A stretch of 64,000 nt of DNA from Curvularia clavata. Taxonomy: Eukaryota. The notes under the pieces are model-generated. The model saw nothing but the letters and a program-made list of their open reading frames with translations, was not told the origin of the DNA and ran no database searches. The position numbers and the translations under genes were made by a program. This document shows, in pieces, positions 25,623 to 36,585 of the stretch (positions within the stretch are counted from its first letter, which is position 1; each line of letters opens with the position of its first letter). The stretch is taken from positions 3,720,001-3,784,000 of the forward strand of contig CP089274.1 in assembly GCA_023920165.1 (NCBI GenBank), in the 5' to 3' direction.

Positions 25623-27107
25623 ATGGACCCAATTGTAAATATCACAGACCAACAGAATGCACCAACAGCAGACTCCAACAGAATCTACACCGAGCCCGAA
25701 GAAATCTGGGATCCAATCCGTCGAACAGTATCCAAGATAACGAGTCGATCGAAACCAGACAATGAAGAAAAGCCATCTTCTCACCCACAAGCAGAAACTC
25801 AATCGCATGGACGCACTCGGTCACACCATACCCACCCTGCCAATGGTTTGGACTCAGAGCCCGGCCTTCCCGTCGTCGATTCCGAGGACGACTTCCCCGA
25901 AGGCGGGCTACGCGCCTGGCTCGTAGTCGTTTCCGCCTGGCTCATGCTCTTCCCATCCTTCGGCTTCATGGTCTCAATCGGCACTTTGCAAGACTACTGG
26001 GGCCAGCACCAACTCTCTTCCATGTCTGCACGGGACATTGGCTGGATCCCCTCGGTATTCGTCTACCTATCACTTGCACTGGGCATCTGGGTGGGCCCGC
26101 TCTTCGATCGGTACGGGCCTCGATGGATCGCACTGAGCGGCAGCGCCGCATTCCTGGTCATGATCTTCCTGCTGGCTGAGTGCTACGTATTCTGGCAGAT
26201 GATTCTCTGCTGTGGTATTTTGGGGGGTTTTGCTGGCGCGGCGTTGACGACGACGAGTTTGGCGGTCGTGGCACACTGGTTTAAAGAGCGAAGGGGGCTT
26301 ACGCAGGGCATTGCTATGATGGGGAGCTCGTGCGGTGGTTTGGTGATTCCCCTCGTGCTAAGGACAACGCTCCCGAAATATGGGTATGCATGGTCGCTGC
26401 GTATTCTGGGGTTTGTGTTCTTATTTTGTCTGGTTATCGCGAATGTGCTGATGAAAGCGCGTATTCCGCCTTCGGCCGCTGCGAAGAAGAAGGCTATTAT
26501 TTCGCTTTCGATCTACGGTGACCTCAGGTTAAGCTTGTTCACGCTTAGTGTCTTTGGCTTCGAGGTGGTGCTCTTTGGGGGCTTAGGCATTTTGCCTACG
26601 TACGCAACGCTCAGCACAAACTTTCCGCCCGACACTGGCTTCTATCTTATTGCGGCGCTCAATGGGGTTTCTTGTCTTGGGCGCCTGCTCCCCGGGTATG
26701 TCGCAGACAAGATTGGCCGGTTCAATACGCTCTTCGTCATGATCCTGTTCACTCTACTGTGGATGTTGGTTCTTTGGTTGCCTCTTGGTACCACATCGCT
26801 CGCAGCGCTGTATGCCTTTGCGGCCCTGTTTGGATTCGGCACAGGTTCATGGATGGCATTAACGCCCGCGTGTGTAGGGCAGTTATGTAGAGCAGAAGAG
26901 TTTGGCCGGTACTATGGGAGTATGTACTTTATTGCTTCTTTGGCAACACTAGTCTGTATTCCGATTAGTGGTGAGCTGGTAGAGACGGTCGGACCTCAGC
27001 CTATGGTGGCATTCTTTTGCGCCATTCTTGGCTTGAGCTTGATTAGCTTTCTGTTCAGCAGATGGGCCTGTATAGGGAGGCGATGGACGTTGAAAGTGAA
27101 GGTGTAG
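25623..27107 (+). CDS. MFS monocarboxylate-porter family transporter (MCH4/MCH5-like)
   Basis: FPEGGLRAWLVV, GPLFDRYGPR, HWFKERRG..QGI, GRLLPG..ADKIGRFN; about 12 TM segments; first ATG at 25623. Confidence 0.9.
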   Translation: MDPIVNITDQQNAPTADSNRIYTEPEEIWDPIRRTVSKITSRSKPDNEEKPSSHPQAETQSHGRTRSHHTHPANGLDSEPGLPVVDSEDDFPEGGLRAWLVVVSAWLMLFPSFGFMVSIGTLQDYWGQHQLSSMSARDIGWIPSVFVYLSLALGIWVGPLFDRYGPRWIALSGSAAFLVMIFLLAECYVFWQMILCCGILGGFAGAALTTTSLAVVAHWFKERRGLTQGIAMMGSSCGGLVIPLVLRTTLPKYGYAWSLRILGFVFLFCLVIANVLMKARIPPSAAAKKKAIISLSIYGDLRLSLFTLSVFGFEVVLFGGLGILPTYATLSTNFPPDTGFYLIAALNGVSCLGRLLPGYVADKIGRFNTLFVMILFTLLWMLVLWLPLGTTSLAALYAFAALFGFGTGSWMALTPACVGQLCRAEEFGRYYGSMYFIASLATLVCIPISGELVETVGPQPMVAFFCAILGLSLISFLFSRWACIGRRWTLKVKV

Positions 27108-27756
27108 GGCGGCTTTGACTGGGGGAGAATTTGAAAGGCGTGTTCAATGTTGTACGTTATTTGTGTAGTGAAAGAGCATGGGAGCATGCAATGCGGTGCG
27201 ACATATGAACGGAGCTGTATTGATCCTCACTGCCTATGGGGCTTTCTCACTAATTACAGGTTCAAAATACCAAGCTCAAGTCAGACATGAGACTTGAACC
27301 CCACATCAAACGACAACATGAGAATCGGTTAACAAAGTCTGCTCTCCTTTGACCGGCTTAGTCATCACCAAGCATCCAGTATGCGAGCACAAACGGCAAT
27401 TCACAGAAAAATGCTTTATAATATTGCATTTGATAGTTATATCTTTTCAGCCTCGAGAGCGCATTGCCTTGTTCAACTTCCCCACAAGAGTGCGAAACAG
27501 ATCGTAGCCAGGATTTTTACTATACAACAAATGGACAAGAAAAAAGAGAAAAAACACGAGTAGCAGACGCAAAGCAGACCCGACCTTGAAGCGCCGCCAT
27601 CCGTTGCCAAACCCATTTCCATCCATTACCGTTACTTCCTTATATTTTTTTTGTTTCTTCAATTGTTGCTATACTGATACGACTCTCGCTTATCATCTTG
27701 GCCAGAATTGTATGCCCGTGTGCACGGGCTCGTGAGCCACAACATAGAGTGGCTGT

Positions 27757-28759
27757 TTAGGACTTGTTCCTGCCGCTTCGACGCGGTGTGCCGTCGGCAG
27801 TGGCAGCCTTCTTGGGCTCCTTCTTCTTTGCAGGCTCTTTTTTCTCCTTCTTAGGACGGCCGCCCTTCTTGGCCGGTGTCTTGGCCTCATTCTCATCCTT
27901 GGCCTCGCCTTCAGCCTCTGCATCGTCAGTCTTTGTCTTCTTCTCAGCAGGCTTCTCAGCCTCGACATCGGCGTCCGCGCCATTAGTCTTCTCGGAAGTC
28001 TCCTCGACCTTACGCTTGTCACCAGTCTTCGGGTCATCCTCTTTGTCATCGGCGTTGGACTTCTCATCGGACTTCTCATCAGACTTCTCCTCTGATGCTT
28101 TGTCTTTGGTATCTTCTTTGGACTCCTTGGACTCTTCGGCCTTGGATTCGCCGTTGGTTTGGTGTTCTTCCTTCTTGTCCTCAGTGGCAGGCGCGTCTTT
28201 CATTTCCTCATCTTTCTTCTCGGATTCAGCCGGCTTGTCATTTTCCTTGGTCTCTGAATCCGCAGGCTTCTCCTCTGATTTCTCAGTCTCATCCTTCTTG
28301 TCCTCGTGCTTCGAGTCACCGTTGGCACCCTCGGCCTTTTCGTTGATCTGGAGCTCGGAAGCACGCTTTACGACATCATTACCTGACCTCTCGACGTGAA
28401 CGGCCGGGTTTTCAGGATCGGCATTCTTCTTGATCGTGTTGCCCTTGTTTGATTCGATGGCAAGCTCGCCCTGCTCCTTGACCTCGGCAACGGTGCCACT
28501 GGGTTGTCCTGAGCCCCAGTTCCATGAGACTGGTAAGAGACGCGTCAGCGATGGTGCTCTATATTCTCGATGAAGACACTATGAAGGCGACCAATCTCAC
28601 ACAAGGGCGCTAGGATGCGCAAGCAACGCGCGCCCGTATGTGCAATGCGCCAATGGGCATGTAGCCATGCGCCACTCCATCTGGCTCTAAGATGGCAGCA
28701 CAAGAAGGAAAAGGGAATGGCGTACCTTTGTCTCCTTGCTGAATCTCAGTGTCAGTCAT
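27757..28759 (-). CDS. Hva1/TUDOR (DUF2945)-like domain protein with a long Lys/Glu/Asp-rich tail
   Basis: MTDTEIQQGDK|VSWNWGSGQPSGTVAEV...IKKNADPENPAVHVERSGNDVVKRASEL; intron 28530-28725; charged tail ending KKGGRPKK...RRSGRNKS. Confidence 0.8.
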
Positions 28760-29321
28760 TGTGTGTAACGCGACTTCGCAATGGCAGGTGATATGGGATG
28801 ACGTTATGCTTGGTGCGAAGCGTCGGACGTCGCAAAAGCAAGATGGAAAGATGATTGATATGTAAAGGGCTTCAAACGATGCTCTGGTGCAGAGAGAAGA
28901 AGGGTAAAGAGTAAGCAGCGACGCGACGTGAAGATGGAAGAGAAAACGGAGGAATGGACGTCAGAAGAGAGTGCTGGGACGAGAGCTGCAAGATCGGTAG
29001 CTGTGACGGGGCGCCGTGATTGGCTGACGCGACCCACCGGAGTGGCATTTCATGGGGAAGGTGGCTGGCACGGCGTCATCGGCCAGTCTGTGCGGCGTTC
29101 GCATCGCCTAACCATCCTTGCTCGTCACAGTTTTCTACCGTTTTTGTGCAGAAGCGCATGTTCTAGAAGCCAATGGAAATTCACCGTCACAGGCTCTGCT
29201 TCAGCTGCTATGCCCCTGTGGTAGAAGACATAGATGGCTATATGCTTGTAGTATTGCCATATCTGGACGCCAAACTGAATCGCTTACTGCCAGCTGCGTC
29301 GTCCCACCTACCCTCGGCCTT

Positions 29322-30263
29322 TTACAACCCCCTACTCCCTAACACAGCCTTCATTTCGCCCATCCTTTGGCTGTGCTCGTAGTCAAAAGCTCTGACGAGC
29401 CCCGTGAGATGGCTTGCAGCCGCTAGCACGACCAGTACGTGAAATATCTGATGGCTGGAGCCCCAAATATCATATTTTCCTGGACTCCACTTCTCGGGCA
29501 CTCTGGCGGCGTAGATGGCAGCACCCGTGATATACAGTATGCCCTGCAACACCACCCAATCTAGCCCAATGCTTTCTCGCAGGTGCTCGACGCCATACAG
29601 CTTTATCCCGTGCAGGACCGGAAACACAGCAGAGAGACCCATGAGCACAAACATCAGAGCTCGAAACGGCCGAAGCGCGGGCGTGCGAAATTTGTGATGG
29701 GCGGATACGATGGACGTCCCCGCTGCCAACGTCGTAATCATGGTCCAGTATGTCGTCCTTAGCTCGGGCTCATCTCGGAATGCATAGTACAGCACTGGCA
29801 CAAAGCTGCCCCAGATCAGGAATACAATGCCCAGATAGTCCAGCTTGTTGCCCCATATGGCTACCTCATGCGAGTGGTTCTGAATGGTATGGTACGTTGC
29901 GCTCATGCCGAGACATGCCACTGCTCCGGCGAAGAAGCATCCAAACGCCCATACGTCTTCTTTGGTCGCAGTTTCGTATCGTGGTTCCAGTGTCACGTAC
30001 AGAGCGATGCCAGCCACCGCGGCCAGCAGAGCCCCAATCAGGTGCGAGTAGATGTTGACCGTCTCGTTGTGCAAATATCCCAGGCTCTTCCAAGATTTGG
30101 AGTAAGAGTTTGACTGCACTCGATACCCGGATTGAATGTAGTGGTTGTCCTGCTGCCATGGAGACAACTCGTCCCATGCTAGTATCAACTTTTCTTCGAC
30201 TCTTTGCTCCAGCCTTTTGCCGCCATCTGCTGCTTTTGCGGCTACTTCCTTGATAGTGTCCAT
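29322..30263 (-). CDS. PAQR / hemolysin-III family receptor (IZH-like)
   Basis: PWQQDNHYIQSGYR, HNETVNIYSH, SATYHT..HS, KLDYLGI, PEKWSPGKYDIWGSSHQIFH; single exon, 7 TM segments. Confidence 0.93.
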   Translation of the reverse strand: MDTIKEVAAKAADGGKRLEQRVEEKLILAWDELSPWQQDNHYIQSGYRVQSNSYSKSWKSLGYLHNETVNIYSHLIGALLAAVAGIALYVTLEPRYETATKEDVWAFGCFFAGAVACLGMSATYHTIQNHSHEVAIWGNKLDYLGIVFLIWGSFVPVLYYAFRDEPELRTTYWTMITTLAAGTSIVSAHHKFRTPALRPFRALMFVLMGLSAVFPVLHGIKLYGVEHLRESIGLDWVVLQGILYITGAAIYAARVPEKWSPGKYDIWGSSHQIFHVLVVLAAASHLTGLVRAFDYEHSQRMGEMKAVLGSRGL

Positions 30264-30745
30264 GTTAGAGTCGGAGAATAATAACTATAACAAAGACAAT
30301 ATGCAAACAAGAAAGATGGCGGCTGTTTGTCAATTGTAAAGTACTGAGCTTTGGATGGCATGAGGTGACTTTTGAGGAACTCACACTTTCAGGGACCGCC
30401 AGTAGGCTATGCCCCATCCAGTGAGCCTTGCGAGCACCATACGTCGCCTTTGGACTGTCACCGAACAAACCGACCAGTCATTGAATCTCCATGCCCAGCC
30501 AGAGATGACATAGCACGTCTAGTATCTCGCTGCCTCGGCGGGGCAGCACGAGGTTCACGCGTCGAGCTTGGGCGCGCTTGCCCCTCCATCCCACCTTGCC
30601 TCTCTCCTGCCTGCTGCGTGATGGCTTTCACGCAAACCCACCATGTATCGCCATGGCTCTCGGCAACGCAACCAGCCGATGCTGAACAAATCTCTAGGCC
30701 CAAGCTAACATCCGTGTTTCTCTGATCATCGCATCCATAGCCAAT

Positions 30746-31802
30746 ATGAAGCCCACCGATCCAGTTCGTTCCAGCAGTCGCCGCGCTGCATCCGGCGCAT
30801 GGAGCCGCCTCAAGCCCGCCCGTGAAGACCTACTCGAGGCCTACGGTCTGCCCAGCAAAGGCGAGACACGGTACCATGTCTTCTTGCCTCGTTTCCTCCC
30901 ACAGCAAATACTGATCCCACAGGCTCAATGACTTCAAGACGCAAGAAATCTACTTCAACCGCATCATCGAGCGCTACATGAAGCTCTGTGCCCTCAATCG
31001 CGAGGAACTAGACAGTCTCTTTGCCTGCGTCAGCATACCCACAGCCTCTGCAACCGACAGGAAGAACAGCACGGCCAGCTTAAAGCTCACGAGCTCCTTC
31101 TCCTCACTGTCTCTCTCCAAGCACGCGCCCCCCGAGCACCAGACTACGAAACCCACCACGACCTCCTCGTCCACACAATCCATACCGCAAAAGGCTTTTG
31201 CGCCGTCCATTCAAGAGCTCTCCACAGTTCTTGCCTCGCTGCGCAAGCTCCGCGAAGCCATCACTGCCTCAAGCCGCTGCGACGCTTTCGCCCTCCGCGC
31301 CTACACCTTCGCCATTCACGTCAGCATCCTCTGCCACGACTGGGCCTCATACCTGCCCTCTTTGCTCTCCCTCCTCAACATCATCCACCCACGGAACCCC
31401 CTCCCCGCCTCAACGCTACACGAATTCGTCGGCCTGCTCATCCTCGACCAGGCCTGCCGCCAGTCCGACTTTGCCGGCGCCCGCGAAACGAAGCTGCAGT
31501 ATAGTTACAGGGACTGGCGCGTTGAGGCGGTGTTGAAGGCATTAGTTGCGGATGATTACGTGGGGTTTTGGAGAGTGAGGAGGGCGGTGGATGGGTACCA
31601 GAGGAGTGTTATGGAGTGGGCTGATGGGGGCGTGAGGGTGCATGCTTTGAAGTGTCTGGGAAAGGCGTATTTGAGTGCTGATAGGACGTTTGTGGAGAGG
31701 GCGACGGAGAGGCGGTGGGACGAGTTGGTGCAGGAAGGCGTGGGGTGGGCGTTGAGTGAGGACGGGGAGAAAGTGATTATCAAGAAGCCAAAGGGGACTT
31801 GA
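30746..31802 (+). CDS. CSN8/PSMD8/eIF3K (PCI-like) domain-containing protein
   Basis: MKP..WSRLKP..GLPSKGETR|LNDFKTQEIYF..IIERYMK (intron about 30871-30922); LRKLREAI, ALVADDYVGFWRV, ALKCLGKAYL match a fungal PCI-like family. Family assigned from memory. Confidence 0.65.
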
Positions 31803-31966
31803 GGGTATGCAAGGCTCTCGAAGGCGAGAGAGGAAACAGATGGTCGCGATGAACTGGAAACACATGTACTGGGAATCCACACAGTCATGTAGCATGTGTG
31901 TGATGGGGAGCGTCGAACAGGGTATCATTACAGACATTTTTTCTTTCTTCACATCACACCATATCC

Positions 31967-33415
31967 TCACTCGTCCATCTCCTCATCTTCGTCCTCTTCC
32001 TCTTCCTCGCCTGCATCAGCAGCATCCTGCCACACGTCGTCGTCCATGTCGTAGTCATCATAGTCCGCCATATCTTCGTCCTCGTCGCCCTCTTCCTCTC
32101 CATTCTCAGCAGTCTCTCCTTTGGCAGCCTTCTCCTTCCTCTTCTTCTCGATATTCTCCCGCTGAATTCGCCTCCGCTCCTCCTTCTCCTTATTCTTCTG
32201 TTGCCACCTCTTTTCCAGCTCCTGCTCCTCAGCTTTGCTCTTGGTGATAAATTCGTGCCAGAGAACCCTGCCGCTGCAGACGTCTTCTTCAACTTTGGTA
32301 AGGCGCAATTTCATGCGGGGACCAAGTTCGATCAGTTTTACTGCTCGCTTTTCCACACGGGGTTTGGAACCGCGGGCGCGAGCGTGCGACGTTTCGTCGC
32401 CAGCTTTGAGCTTCTCCTTCTCGCGTCGCGACAGTACTTTTTGCCGGGCAGGCGCTGCGACCTCGACCTCGGCATCGGTGTCTTGTTCCGTGTCCGAGGC
32501 AGATGTGTAGCCTGCTGCTGAAGGGTCCAGCATGTAGTCTGCTACATCCTCGAGCTTTCCCAAATTTGGCAGTGCGCTCTTCTTCTTCTCCCTACTTCCA
32601 ACGAGCTTCTCGGCTGCGTATAACCGTCGGATAGCCTTTGGTATGCCCACCTGCTTCGTTGTAATTGCGTAGTGCCTCAGACTGATGTTGATGGACCCAG
32701 TCTCTTCTGACGGAGGTTCACGGTTGAGGAGGAGAACTCGCTTGATCGAATGAAGAGGCGTAGTGTGTGGTTGGATCGGGGGGAACAGACCTTGGAACAT
32801 GTCCGTCACCAGCTTCTCGAGATGCTTGGGTGGTGCCTTTTCTCCCAGCTTCTCCCTTTCGCTGTCGCTTGTTAAAAAGTTGTTCATGACCAGCAGCGGT
32901 GCGACCAGATAGTCATTTGCACCAGATCGTGGGCGCTTCATGGCTTTGATGATATCTTTGCAGAGAGAATAGTTTTCCACACGGAAGTGAAGTGTAGGGC
33001 CTCGCGGCGTGCGAGCAAGTCGAAGATTGGTATTGCCGCTTTCAGATCTCGAGAACAGGAGCAGATGGCTGACGCCTAGCGGACCGCACATAACAAGGTA
33101 GTCCTAAAAGTTGTCAGCTAGGCCAATCTTCACAGTCCTACAACAGCGCATACCTTGAGCTTATTTGCGCGTCGCTCCTTGAGCCTGATGGCAGTGTCGG
33201 GCTCCAAGCAATGCCTAACATCGTTGACAAGGTCTGAGACAGATTTTCCAACTCTGATTTTTGTGAGCGACCGATTGAGACTGTCGGAAGGATTCAACTC
33301 ACTCTTGTGCACCAATACGAATAACCATGGACTTCGGACCTGCCACCGGCTTCTTGGCCATCTCCTTGTCCTTTGCGGACTGCTTCTTCCTCGCGCTTCC
33401 TCTTCCACGGGCCAT
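31967..33415 (-). CDS. SSF1: Brix-domain 60S biogenesis factor Ssf1/Peter Pan
   Basis: PKSMVIRIG, EPDTAIRLKERRANKLK|DYLVMCGPLGVSH, PRGPTLHF, LRHYAI, AVKLIELGPRMKLRL.KVEE; acidic tail; two introns. Confidence 0.95.
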
Positions 33416-33725
33416 TGCGACAGCTCAATTGTCTGGTTTCTGATCGAACTGTAGCTTCAAAGTCGGCTTTCTCGGACCTAGCCCTGTTTTTCTATACCGT
33501 ATATATCCGAAGACGAGTAGGCGAATGCCACAGGAACAGGCGACAGTGGATATGAGGGAGGGTCGACTGAGAGCAGCCGTCGATGCAGTAAAGTCGACTG
33601 CTCCGTCGCGACCGGTCGCGAACTGGAAACTTTTCTGTGGGTCCGGCCCGCTTTGCCAAGATTTCGAAAGTTGGCGAGCCAGAATACTTCGACTTGCGCA
33701 CCACTTCCTCGTCTTGTACACTAAA
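33416..33725. promoter_or_regulatory. Bidirectional promoter between SSF1 and RRP3
   Basis: 310 bp between the divergent start codons of two ribosome-biogenesis genes. Confidence 0.7.
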
Positions 33726-35339
33726 ATGCCTGGATTTGCAAAGCGAAAGCGACACGAAGACGCGCCCGCTGCGGCTGCTGCATTGTCGAAGAAAGCGCGA
33801 CCGTCGAATGCACCCGTGAAGAAAGTCGTGGCGAAGCCCGCACCACCGCCAGAACCCGAGTCGAGCGACGATGATGAACAAGTAGAAGAGGAAGAGGGAG
33901 ACAGTTCGGACGATGCTGAAGACCAGAGTTCAGCAAAGGCGCCTGCACCTGAAGCAGATACAGAGGCCGCGACAACTGGCGCAGACGAGGCGAAGAAGAC
34001 GTTCGCCGACCTAGGCGTCCGAGAAGAACTCTGTGATGCCTGCGAAAACCTCAAGTTCAAGAACCCAACACCGATTCAGGCTCAGGCTATACCGCTGGCT
34101 CTTGAAGGGCGCGATGTTATTGGACTTGCTGAAACGGGATCTGGAAAGACGGCAGCATTTGTCCTGCCCATCCTCCAGGCGCTGCTGGAGAAACAGCAAT
34201 CACTGTTTGGGCTGGTTCTGGCGCCTACACGAGAGTTGGCCTATCAGATTGCACAGCAGGTTGATGCTCTCGGCAGCATAATTAACGTTAAGTGTGCAAC
34301 ACTGGTAGGAGGAATGGACATGGTACCACAAGCGATTGCGCTGTCTAAGAAACCACATATAATTGTTGCTACACCTGGTAGGTCCAATCCTAAAAATATT
34401 GAGAAGCGGATTTGACATTGTATAGGACGTCTCCTCGATCACCTGGAAAACACCAAGGGCTTTTCCTTGAAGCATCTCAAATACATGGTTCTCGACGAAG
34501 CCGATCGATTGCTCGACCTTGACTTCGGTCCCGTACTAGACAAGATCTTGAAGGTACTCCCTAGAGAAGGACGACACACATATCTGTTCTCGGCGACTAT
34601 GAGCAGCAAGGTCGAAAGTCTGCAGCGAGCTGCCCTACAAAACCCTGTTCGGGTGAGCATCAGCAGCTCATCTCACCAAGTCGTTTCAACACTGCTCCAA
34701 CGATACATCTTCCTCCCGCACAAATACAAGGACCTCTATCTCATCCATCTTCTGAACGACAACATCGGCCACCCTACCATCATCTTCAGCCGTACCGTCA
34801 ACGAGACACAGCGCATAGCAATCCTCCTCCGCACCCTCGGCTTCGGCGCCATCCCTCTCCACGGCCAACTTTCGCAGTCCGCTCGTCTAGGTGCACTCAA
34901 CAAATTCAAGACTCAGAGCCGAGACATCCTCGTAGCCACCGACGTAGCAGCCCGTGGTCTGGATATCCCAGCCGTCGATCTTGTCGTCAACTTCGACTTG
35001 CCCAGCGACTCACAGACCTATGTTCACCGCGTTGGCCGAACAGCACGAGCTGGAAAGTCTGGCAAGGCGGTTTCTTTTGTCACACAGTACGACTTGGAGA
35101 TTTGGCTGCGTATCGAAAACGCGCTTGGCAAGCAGATTCCCGAAGAGGTCATCAACAAGGACGAGGCTATGGTGTACATGGACCGAGTGAGCGAAGCACA
35201 GAGGATAGCAGTCAGGGAGATGAAGGACCTTCACGAGCAGAGGGGTAAAGGCGGTCGTGGGGGTAGAGGCGGCGGCCGAGGTGGTCGCGGCGGAGGCGGA
35301 AGAAAAGGACGGGACCAGATGGACGCTGAGGAAGGTTAA
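33726..35339 (+). CDS. RRP3: DEAD-box rRNA helicase Rrp3 (DDX47)
   Basis: Q motif [62 protein letters not shown]-terminal RGG tail; intron about 34378-34425. Confidence 0.95.
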
Positions 35340-35531
35340 TTATGAAAAAGAACCTTTAGACGCACGCGCGTCCCATCTTGCATGCCTTTCTTTCTGGAGT
35401 TTTCGCATATACCCTACGAGACGCTTGATCACCCACCTGGTCAAAACATCTTTGAATAGACTCGACAACTAGCTTGAAAAGTGTCGATGTTTTACATTCT
35501 AGATAGTTTTCTCGTATTCATAGAAAATCAT

Positions 35532-36208
35532 TTAATTTCCACCTTTCTTTTCCATCTCCTCCTTCAACTTCCCCAACTCTTCAATCACAACCTGGTGATC
35601 ATCCCACTGCTTGAGCCCACTTACCACGACGACGGCAACCGGGCTATCGCATCCCTTGATAAAAATTGGTACTCCACCCCCGTGAATCGCATAGTCCTTG
35701 GCCGTCTCTCCCAATCCCAGCTTCGTCTTGAACGCCTCCTCATCACCACCATACTGGTTCTGCAGCCGCCATGTGCTGGCCTGGAAGCGGATGACGGCCG
35801 CGCGCTTGCGGGCCACCCAGAAATCGTTGTCAAGAGCCGTGCCGGAGTGGGTTACCTTTTATGGGGCGTTAGCGGTATTCATGCTGATTACCCTACTGAG
35901 CTAACTAAATCCTCTTGGATTGCGGGGAAAACAAAAAAATGTATGGTTTTTATTGGAGTTGGGGGAACGGGTAGGCATACAGCGTGGAATAGCACGTGTG
36001 GCGGCGTGCTAATAGTTGAAATGTGCACAACTGCAGGTCGCTCCTGCGTCAATAGGCGGGTGCGCAGGTTGTAGCCTAGCTTGAAAGCGACGTCCGCGTT
36101 CCAATGGGGGAGGACGGAGGCTTTTTCTTGTGCTTTGATGGCTTCAACGTCGCGGGGTGCTTCGGAAATGCCCACGTGTTGGGGAATGGTAATGTCGTCT
36201 GTCGCCAT
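35532..36208 (-). CDS. GlcG/HbpS-like heme-binding domain protein (UPF0303/YBR137W-like)
   Basis: A..LG..LR...VLFHA|VTHSGTALDNDFWVARKR..V.RF..STW...YAIHGGGVPI...VVVVSGLKQWDDHQ; one intron about 35858-35980. Confidence 0.85.
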
Positions 36209-36585
36209 TTTCTCTTCTTCTCTTTCTATTTTTTTCTGATCTTGAATGACGTATTGGAGCGGGGGAGTGTGTCGGAGTAGAAGGGTGGAACGATTACAAG
36301 GCCTTGGAAAATCAGTCTTTATAGTGAGTTGAAGGTGATAATGATGGTAAGTGAGAAAAGCGTAATAGATTAGTCTATAATAGGCAATTGCAAGAGTCGC
36401 CGATGCCGCCCGTTTTCTTGGGGTTGACAGAACCTTCAATAATTGTGGTTCTTGCAGCTTGTAGCGGGGGAAAACCAAGCTTCGCCAATAGTTTATTGTT
36501 AGCACTCATAAAAGTTTAGACTAGTAACAAACCCCATTGGTTATGCATTCTGTTTGCTACAAAGCCTATAAACTCATTCAGTCAA

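Noticed and set aside
11234..27107. P450, PTH11-like gene and two MFS transporters as a metabolite cluster
   Set aside because: No PKS, NRPS, terpene synthase or pathway transcription factor; interrupted by ARL1 and the DUF3433 gene; no quinate-pathway enzyme genes nearby.
33525..33725. In-frame upstream ATG extension of RRP3
   Set aside because: Lies within the 310-bp bidirectional promoter, probably upstream of the TSS; ATG 33726 has good context (AAAATG).
35881..35910. tRNA D-arm/A-box-like TAGCTCAGTAGGGTAATCAGCA in the DUF967-like gene intron
   Set aside because: No T-loop (GTTCRA) and no acceptor-stem pairing, so not a tRNA.
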